This document shows, piece by piece, positions 54,680 through 64,000 of a stretch of 64,000 nucleotides of DNA. Numbering within the stretch: position 1 is the first letter of the stretch; the number at the start of each line of letters is the position of its first letter. The translations under genes were made by a program, and so were the position numbers. The notes under the pieces are model-generated. The model searched no databases, was not told the origin of the DNA, and saw nothing but the letters and a program-made list of their open reading frames with translations. The stretch lies in contig JAGIQG010000034.1 of the NCBI GenBank assembly GCA_024679065.1, forward strand, positions 10,602,001-10,666,000. Direction: 5' to 3'. This stretch comes from Sphyrna mokarran (Eukaryota).

Positions 54680-55860
54680 CTAAACAACATGGAAAATTGC
54701 CCAGTAATGTCCTCATCACAAAAAGGACAAATCCAATCCAATTACCACCTCAGCAGCCTCCGATCAGTGATGCAAGATGTTGCTGATGTTCCTATCAAGC
54801 GGCACCTACTCAACACTAACCAGTTCACCAATGCTCAATTTGGTTCCGCAAATACACAAAGGAACTGAACTCAAGAGGTGAAGTGAGAGTGTCTGTCCTT
54901 CACACCAAAGGAGACAGAGTGTAATGTCAAGGAGTATTAGTAAAACTGAAGTCAATGGGAAAAAACTTTCCACAACTTGACTTTGGAATCAAACCTAATA
55001 AAGGGAAACGGTTGTGGTTGTTGGAGGCAATCATCTTAGCCCTATGATATTGCCACAGGAGCCCCTCAGGGTAACGTTCAAGACCCAGTCATCTGAAGCA
55101 GTTTCACAATAATGAGAGGTGGGGACATTCATCAACGATTGCACAATGTTCAGCACCATTCAGAACTTTTCAAATGTTGAAGCAGTCCATGTCCGTATGT
55201 AGCAAGATCTCGATAACATTCAGGTTTGGACAGATAAGTATCAGGCAATGGCCATTTCTCCAACAGAGAGAATCTAACAATTCCCCCTTTAAAATTTAAT
55301 GGTATTACTCTTGTTAATCCCCCACGATCAATATTCTGTAGTTTACCATCATTACTGTGGCTACAAGAGGTCAGAATGTGAGTATTCTGCAATAGGTAAC
55401 TCTCTCCCCATCTACAAAGCACAAGTCAGGACTGTGATGGAATCCTCTAGCTGAGTGCAACTGCAACAACCCTCGAAGTCTGACACTATCCAGCACTCCA
55501 TAATCAGCACATCAAAATATTCACTCCCTTTGCTAATGCACACCTGGCTGAATTTACTATACAGCAGCAACTTGCCAAGGTAACTTCCTTACTGGAGTAC
55601 TTTACCACCTAAAGACAGCCAGCACAATGGAACACCACCGCTTATTGCGAGTTCCCTTCAGATCACACATCGTATTGACTTGAAAATATTCTACCATTGC
55701 CTAAATCGCAACTGGATCAAAATCACAGAATTCTCTACCTAAAAGCATTATGATTGCACCTATACCATATGGACTATAATGGTTCATGAAGACTACCCCT
55801 TGCCATCACCACCTTAAAAAGCAATTGGTGATGTGGAACAAATGCTGGCCAGCAAGGCGC
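54680..55860 (+). mobile_element. Old LINE remnant, same family as 52342-53480
   Basis: Shared degenerate blocks (gtcaatggga, gattgcacaatgttcagcaccat, atctacaa.gcacaa). Confidence 0.55.
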
Positions 55861-56418
55861 ATAACTCGGACACTGACCGAAAAAAAGCATTTGATTTTTT
55901 TAGTTAATATTTGCACTTAATTCCATCAAGTAGGTGACTAACCTTTTCTCATAACCCCCCAATGCGATAAGAGAAATGATGAAAATTAAGAGATAGTAAT
56001 TTTGCTCAGCAAATCAGAATAAAATCCAATGGGCCATATGTATAGGCTTAAATAATTTTTAATAATGAGACAACATGGTAACAATTTTGTTACTAAAGTT
56101 TAGTTGCTTATTGCACGTGAAATCTCCAAAAGCTAAAAGGTTAAGTATTACTGACAACCATACACAATAAATCCATTTATAGCATAAACAGAAAGTGCTT
56201 TGAAAGAACCAGCTCATAAATTTAAACATCTTATATGATGGGAAGTAATACTAACACTTTTGCCCCTCGTCAATTTGTTTCACAACCTTACAATCTCGTA
56301 AGTCATTTTTACACTACTGTTAAGATTTTAGCAGCATAATAGGTTGATGTTGACGTTACTGCAACTTTGACAGTAGACATTGGTAATGTTGAAGGTGTAC
56401 TATGAGGCAGTTCAACCT

Positions 56419-56685
56419 TCAATTCTTCTTGGTTTGTAACTTCAGCTTCCGTCTGGAGGCTATAGTCACTGCTTTGTGCACACAAACACTCTGCTGTCTC
56501 AAGGAAGAAGATGATCGTGAACAAGTGGCATTCTTCTTCAAAGGATTTGGAGGCTGCAAACAGTCAGATACTGCTTTCATTTCAGTCTTTTTGTAGGACA
56601 TCATTGCATTACTGCCATTTCCCATTCGCTCCTTAATTAGCTCTTCATCAAAGCCACGATTGTGAAGAGCAGCTACACTGCTGAC
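56419..56685 (-). CDS. YR2 exon B: C-terminal recombinase box II region and stop
   Basis: Acceptor tgtttgttgtag|GTC, phase 0. VSSVAALHNRGFDEELIKERMGNGSNAMMSYKK supplies the YR C-terminus (L..G..E..I.ERxGH.S...Y pattern) missing from exon A. 88 aa then stop. Confidence 0.85.
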   Translation of the reverse strand, partial: VSSVAALHNRGFDEELIKERMGNGSNAMMSYKKTEMKAVSDCLQPPNPLKKNATCSRSSSSLRQQSVCVHKAVTIASRRKLKLQTKKN

Positions 56686-58789
56686 CTACAACAAACATAC
56701 AGAAAAAGTAAAAAAAAAAATAAGCCTGTGCAGATGAAAAATCACTGGGGTTGTGCAGACAGGCTGGATTTTGGATGTTGGTAGATTTTTTTGTTTGATG
56801 ACTATTGAGGCGTTGCTTGCTGTGTCAAAACGGCTTTTCTCCTTACAGTTTTGGCATTTGGAATTGGGGTGAATTCAATTAATATTTACAAGATACATAG
56901 TATCACTACTTGTTTGTAAGAATAACTAATGCCTCACTGTCTGCTGCATCATAAGCTGAAAAACCACCAAGGAAATCCAAACCTTTAATACAACCTCCAA
57001 TACAAAGGGTTTATAAAATGCAACAGCAAAAGGGTTTCCAAATATTTGCAATTAAACTAGAAAGGTAACACAAATGCAACAGTGTAAAATGGTAATAATA
57101 GAATTCTACAGATATAACAAGATTTCACTCAGGGAAGATGCATTCAACACATTCTAAAATCACTGAACACCCATTCGGATCACTTTTGCAATGGCGATCA
57201 TTTCAATTTGGTGGGGATTAGGTTGTCATCTGGCACCCATAAACACTTGTAAATAATTAATTTGACAAAAAACCTAAAAGTGTATGAAAACTGCATAAAA
57301 ATTATGAGTGGGATTGAACCAACTAAACCAGACAGTAAACAGAATTTAGGTGAAGGACCAGACGGCCACGATGAAGGCTTTATTCTGGGTAACACTAGGG
57401 CATATTTATTTTTCCATTCTGAATTTTGTAACAGCAAGATCCAAAAAATCTGCCATGACATCACATCACTGATTTTGGAGTTGGCCAATTCAAATGCCGT
57501 AATAACAGCATTGCATCTTAGTTAATTACATCATATTGTACCTTCATGTGCATTGAGCAACAGTGAATCTGGACATATAAATTGAGTCAATTTTCAATAG
57601 CAAGGCAATCTGCGAACTGCACATCCATCCGGCAAGTTCAATTGTTCAACCGAAGACAGCTCCGATGGACTTCTACAGCACAAGTCAATTTTTTTCTTGG
57701 CCATTCTAATTTGACCAGTTTTTGTTTTATTAAACACAAATTATTTTGTAAATTGACAATCACATCAGCATTTCCATAAAACCTAAGTGAAAGCCATATT
57801 ATGCATTCAAAAATCACAATTTTGAAAAAAAATAGGAAATCTGCAGAATTTACTAATACTTAAATCTCTCCAGTAGTCCTGGATACTCAAAATCTAACAA
57901 CAAAAAGGAGGAGTCCCTCTCCTGACCAACAACACTCCCCCCATCCCAAACCGCTCCCCATCAAACAAAGGAAAAACACTTGTTGAAGTGATCTATCTTC
58001 CCAACTCAAATTGTAAGAGTGAATTCTGGGCAACAACATGCTTTACTTTGTTCAATAAAATATTGATATAAAAACATTGAGAAATGTCAGCAATTTCTGT
58101 TATTGTGTTTTGGATTAAAGGAAAATAAATTATTTTTCCAACAAATATACAATAAGCCTCCTCTATACTATTGGATAAAAAAAGTACAATAATTAATGTG
58201 TTACCCAATATACTGATGCCAACAAAAACTCTGTCCCTGTGGGATCATGGGTATGCTAAAATGGTTTTGCTTTCATAAACATAATTTCAGTTTATGAAAT
58301 TATGATCTCAGCCACTTGGACAAATCCTGCTATTTACCGATGTTATGGCAGCTTAGCAATTAGATCAGCAAAGTTGATCAACACTGATTAGCTGGCTTGC
58401 TGGTGCCAATAAATAAAAAGTCAGCTAGTTATAACGATGGCTGCTCAGAAAATAGCTTAGTCATGTGCAATGTTTGACGTCAGAATTAATTCACTGCCAA
58501 GGCAGTTTCATCATTGTGTTGGGGAAGCAAAGGGTGCACAAATACAGAGATGGTGGTTTTCAACATTACTGACAGGAGTAATCAATATAAAAAGGATTGG
58601 GTTCTGTCACATGAAGGCTTATTTTATATATAATACACACACACACATATATACACACAGTTATAATGGGCAATTTATCAGAAGACAGATTAGCACTACA
58701 GCACACCTTGCGTTTTTTAAATTCAACAGCAACAACCTAGGCATCAGATCAACTTTATTGAAATCTCAATACTACGATCAAAATTTTCT

Positions 58790-60085
58790 GCAGGACATAG
58801 GTAGATTGGACAGATATGGCAGATGGAATTTAATCTTGATAAATGCGAGGTGATGCATTTTGGGAGAAAGAATGTAGGGGGAAGTTATATGATAAAGGTA
58901 GACCTATTAAGAGTACAGAAAAACAGAGGGACCTGGGGGTGCAGATGCACAAGTCTTTGAAGGTGGCAGAAAAGATGGAGAAAGTTGTGAAAAAAGCTTA
59001 TGGTATGCTAGTCTTTATAGGAAGGGGTGTAGAATACAACAGCTGGCGTCTAATGTTGCAGTTGTGTAGAACGTTGGTTAGACCTCATTTGGAATACTGC
59101 GTCCAGTTCTGGTCACCTTACTACCGGAAGGACATGGAGACCCTGTAGAGAGTGCAGAGGAGGTTTACCAGGATGCTGCCTGGTATGGAAGGTCTGGGTC
59201 GCGAGGAAAAGTTAGGCAAATTGGGGCTGTTTTCTTTAGAAAGACAGAGACTGAGAGAAGATCTATTAGAAGTTTACAAGATTCTGAAGGGTATAGATAA
59301 ACAGTGGTAAGCTTTTTCCTAGGTTGGAATCAAATATCACGAGGGGTCACGGGCTTAGGATGAGAGGGGCAAGGTGTCATTTGGGTGTTAGAGGGAGGTT
59401 TTTCACATGGAGGGTTGTAGGGGTTTGGAACGCACTGCCAAGTAAGGTGGAGGAGGCAGGCACGCTGGAAATACTTAAGAGATTTAAGAGGTACTTAGAG
59501 AGGCACATGAGCAGAATAGGGATGGAGGGATATAGAAGACTGATTTAAATAGAGATCATGAGCCTTGGGGCGTTTCTGGGAATTGCATAAGTTGTGCATA
59601 TTATTGATGTATTTCTCTTTTATCCTACAGGTACTTCAGTCCACTCTGTTGTCCAACAAGGGGCATACACACGATGGGTCATGAGAGGAATGCTTTTGGA
59701 TTTTGAGAGTAGCCTGGTGCTTCACATTGTTAGCGTACGCTTAAACTGGACCAGTTGATGGGCAACACGACAGCTCAGTGACCATCACTGTTGCTGTGCA
59801 GGTACAGGGATTTGGGCCGGTATCTGTGGGAGTTTGCGCATTCTCCCCGTGCTTGTGTGGGTTGTCTCCGGGTGCTCCAGTTTCCTCCCACACTCCAAAG
59901 ATGTGCTTTAAGGCTGATTGGCAGAACAAATTGTTCCTAAATTGTCTCCCCAATTTGGTTCCAATGCAGATTTCCATAAACATGGACAAGGGTCATGGGT
60001 GAAAGTTGGAAAGTTAAAATGGCAGCACAGGCTTGTTGGGCCGAAGGGCTTGTTTCCTGTACTGTGTTGTTCTTTGTTCTTTTGC
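58790..60085 (+). mobile_element. CR1 3' end with a SINE-containing extended 3' region (copy 2)
   Basis: LVRPHLEYCVQFWSPYYRKD...WNALP, then the same unique segment, SINE core and tail as 19178-20435. Confidence 0.88.
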
Positions 60086-60589
60086 ACTTCAGAATATAAC
60101 TTCATTATTTTAATATAGTTAAACAAGGGCAGGGGGTATACTTGTAATTTACATGTTGATCTGTTCCAAGGTTCTGCGATATTAACATCAATCAGCCACT
60201 AGTACCAATACTTGAAGTTTACAATTTTTTTAAGGTCAAATGACAAAGTTTTTTCAATTTCTGAGTAGAATGTTAATTATTATGAATAACATACAAATAC
60301 AAATTCAAAAACTTAATGGCATGTTTTTAATTTTATCCTGCATAGATAAGCAATTTAAGTCTGGGGATATTAAACTGAAAATTGAGGTAATAACCAGGAA
60401 GGATGTTGACATATAAACTGCACAGTCAGATTGGGATGAAAATTTAGTTAACTGCTTTCACCGAAAAAAAGCATCCTCAGGCTCACTGCAATGCCAGAGA
60501 CTGGCAACACTGTTGGAATAAGATTCTCAAACGTTCCATTTATAATTTGGATAAATTGAGGCAGAAACATAAAAGCAGATTACCTGAAT

Positions 60590-60940
60590 GGCTGTAAGTT
60601 GGGAGAGGGGAGTGTGCAATGAGATCTGGGTGCCATTGTGCACCAGTCACTGAAGGTAAGCATGCTAGTGCAATAGGTGATAAAGGCAGCAAATGGTATG
60701 TTAGCCTTCATTGCAAGAGGTTGAGAGTACAGGAGAGGGATGTGTTGCTGCAAATTATACAGGGCCTTGGTAAGGCAACACCTGGAGTATTGTGTGCAGT
60801 ATTGGTTTCCTTCTCCAAGGAAGAAAGTTCTTACTCTCTAGGAAACGTAGCGAAGCTTTATTAGACTGACTGCAGGGATGGCGGGACTGATATATAGAGA
60901 GAGATTGACTAGGTTGGGATTGTTTTTGCTGGAGTTCAGG
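60590..60940 (+). mobile_element. Degenerate CR1 3' fragment ending at a poly-G run
   Basis: cacctggagtattgtgtgcagtattggt (HLEYCVQ.W). Confidence 0.7.
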
Positions 60941-62465
60941 GGGGAAGGGGGGGGGGGGGGGGGGGTTTGTCATATCAAATAATTATAGCAAAGATGATAA
61001 ATTAATGGACCAAAACTCATCTCTAACAACCAAGCCAGTCTTTCCTGTTGCATTTGTGGACAGCCCTTTCTGCTGCCCCAACCTGCAACCCCCCCAACCC
61101 CAGCACTTTATCCTAGAATTTATCACCCTTTATGAACTAGTTTTCAATATCAATTTTAAAATTAACCGGGCCCATTTAAGCTCATTCCTCTGGTCTGATA
61201 CAAAATAATTAAAACAAAGTTTAATATTTTTACATAGCGAGGTTCCATCAAACCTCTGGAGATTTTTACGAGAATAATTCAAAATCCAAATTTTAACTGA
61301 CTGAAAATATAGTGCAAGAAATGTAATCTAAATAGAACCCACTTTTAACCCTAATTCAATATATTTTGTTACTAGGAAGTGGCAGCTATACATAGCACGT
61401 GTACATAATGTTTATTGCAACGATCTTAGGTAATCAATGTCAATTGTGAATTAATCTAGCTGCCCTGTCAGTGCTCTCACCAATAAAATTTCAGTAATTG
61501 GAAACAAGCTACAGCAGTAACAGACGCAAATCGATGGACGGATTACAACATCTGTGTAAATCACTGCCTACTGAAAAGTAAACATCTGAAAAAGCTCTGT
61601 GGGTTGAAATATGATAGTGTTTCTATTCTGACTGGTTATATTTGGTCTTAGGATTACAACACTGGAAGTCAGTTGATTTAAGTGGCATCATAGACTTAAA
61701 TAAGCTCATATTTCCACTGAAACAACAGTAAAATCTCAAGCTGGCGGAAATAATCTCAGAAATCTGGCTACCAGACTGCATTGAGAAAATATTTATCTTC
61801 TCATACTGGGTGCAGGTAGGTGTAATCATGACCAACCATGCCTGCTATTGCAGCAAATTTACTTCTGGGAGGACAAAAGCTCCACCATCAATTTCAAAAG
61901 GATCGTAACCATATGAAGCTGTCTCTTAATGGATCCCAATTTAAAACTCAGTTAACATATGGAATCAGATCCTTTTGGTGGCAAGCTAACAAATGCATAT
62001 AGTAGAATTTTTGTTTATTAGTTACAATTCAAGCTCCAGGTCTGCCTGCCATTAATCATGTGGCAAGTGGATGATGTTCTGGAATTACTGGATCAATGTA
62101 CAGAAATTAGCAGAAACCTACAGGAAAGAGGAGTGTGAGGGAATGGGGTCTCTTAAGCAAGTAGCAAAAGCAAGCCGCAGAACCAGTGTTGGTGGTTAAA
62201 ATGGGCAAAACATAAAGCAGAGCAATTAAACTTAAACTATATGCAATTTAAGTTTCCTTCCAGTTCACAATTGTCTAAAAAAATTAGGCTTTGTCACTTG
62301 ACCTTACGCATTCTGTACTTTAAAGCAATATGACTAATAAAAAACAATCCTATGATGGGTGAACTTTTACAGACTGGCTAGATTGTATTAAAATGCATAT
62401 AATAGTACGAGGCAATAAAATCCCTGCTTTTGCAACATTGATAACAAAATACTTTTTATGCTTAC

Positions 62466-64000
62466 CCTTCCAGATTGGCCAGTATGTCGCCCCGAAATGC
62501 CACCCGCCTCACAGATTTCTTTGGAGTAATGCTCCAGAGTGTGAACTCCAATAGCTTGCAGGCAGAACTCCAGCCGCCCAGGAAGAGGGCGCCGGTAAAA
62601 TGGACCATCTCTTGGAACCATGCTGAGGTAGCGACGAAAGAGAGAAACAATGCATCTTGGGTTGGATAAGTCTGCGTACTGCCGGATATGTCCTTTTGTT
62701 CTTTGGATTCCATCTCTGTAAGGCTTTGCCACAAATTCCAAATATTCTCCAATTTCATCAGCTCCAAAGCTGAACTGATCAACCATCAATTTATTGTGTT
62801 CTGCTGCTGCATGTACACCAAAGACTTTACAGAGGTAGAAATAGACAGCATAACTGTAACTTCTTGCATCTTGAAGTTGAAAAACTATTTGCCACAGTTT
62901 TTCTTCTTCTTTCTCAGAGTAAGGCTGTGCTTGTTTCCTTACTATACCAATCCCCTGTTGTTTAAGTTTTCTCATTTGCCTGTTGAGGATAGACCGAAAT
63001 GCAGCATATTCTGTGTTATATTCATTAAAGAAATCAATGTCCAGTCGCTGGCAGGTTTCACGCAAGTATCGCAAAATGGAGCAGCACAGGAGTCGGAGAG
63101 AATTAGGCGGATAAAATGATCCATCACGCCGACGCACTTCCTCCACAAACTGGCACAACCAGAAATTCAGTTGGTTGTGAGTTATTTCATGAGACAGTTC
63201 CGGCACATAAAGGGATGGCTTGCATAATTCCACGCTATTTTCCATAAAGTAATTATTTCGATTCCTAGCCCACTCATCCCAAGCTCGAATGCCCCAGGCG
63301 GTGGCTCTCCTTGTATTGTATGGCATTGTGTTATCTGGAATAATTATCTGCTTTTTGTCTGGTGCAGGTTCATAATTGCCTTTGGGAGTTCTATCATCCT
63401 GCAGCTTCATAGAAGGTTCAGCACACGTATTAAAGAGAACTCTACTCGCTAGCAATACTGTACGTTGATTTCCTGAAATTCTTTTGTTGTATCTAATCTT
63501 ATTCTTTTGTAATATTACATGTGGCTTACTTAAATCAGGCTCATCAAGGACACAGGGAATCCTCTTCTCAAGTAGTACTGTGTGTTGTTGGTCTGTGTAA
63601 GATTTTCCTAAGATACTACAAGGACCATTATGCTCTAGTGAAAGTAGCGACCTTTGCTGGACAAGAATATTATCAACCTGTGGTTTCTCTGTAGTTAAGT
63701 GGACAAAAGTACTCTTGGAAGTTCTACTAATTTTTAACGCAGTCTCATGCTCCTTCATTATAATGTCTCTGAATGAGTTATAATGACCTTGATTATTTAT
63801 TAAAACAGCCTGCTGTTTATCTGTAATGAGTTTCTGTTTAATACTTAAAGGTATATTATGCTGTAATAGAGCCTGTTGTTCTAATGTAACAGCTTTGCCC
63901 AATTCAGCAGAAATCCTACAATCTGGCAGTGGAACTTTCTGCTTTATTAAAGGCTCACCAGATCTATTATCTTGTAATGCAATTTGTCGATTGTATAATG
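62466..64000 (-). CDS. YR2 exon A: Crypton/DUF3504-type recombinase-fold protein, 5' end beyond the window
   Basis: Frame open from the window edge (LYNRQIALQDN...). Contains NTRRATAWGIRAWDEW, LNFWLCQFVEEVRRRDGSFYPPNSL, EEEKLW, FGVHAAAEH and HTGQSGR. Ends at consensus donor AGG|gtaagc, phase 0. Confidence 0.88.

Noticed and set aside
62388-62465. Hydrophobic C-terminal tail of the 504-aa ORF
   Set aside because: Read-through past a consensus splice donor; the homologous C-terminus is at 56685-56419.
62462-63119. Overlapping ORFs in other frames within YR2
   Set aside because: Shadows of the real coding frame.

Overview
Vertebrate genomic DNA, most likely a cartilaginous fish (shark-type CR1 LINEs and HE1-like tRNA-derived SINEs), with one 258-N gap. 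The minus strand carries the 3' half of ATF7IP (MCAF1, the SETDB1 cofactor). Nine coding exons chain in compatible phase from 46162 down to the stop at 7375, including the VIDLT SUMO-interacting exon and the C-terminal FN3 exon; upstream exons were not found in the window. Two different Crypton-type (DUF3504) tyrosine-recombinase (YR) coding units lie on the same strand. YR1 (32685-33929, open in frame to at least 34013) sits inside an ATF7IP intron, has no introns, keeps the R-HxxR-H-Y catalytic set and has an in-phase candidate acceptor for the preceding ATF7IP exon. YR2 (window edge to 62466, spliced to a hidden exon at 56685-56419) lies upstream of the first visible ATF7IP exon, is split by a 5.8-kb intron and is catalytically degenerate. 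By inference, ATF7IP may make isoforms whose SIM/FN3 tail is replaced by a transposon-derived recombinase-fold domain. The rest is intronic repeats, including a twice-seen CR1/SINE chimera, Penelope-type hammerhead remnants and local duplications. Family assignments come from motif recognition, not database searches.
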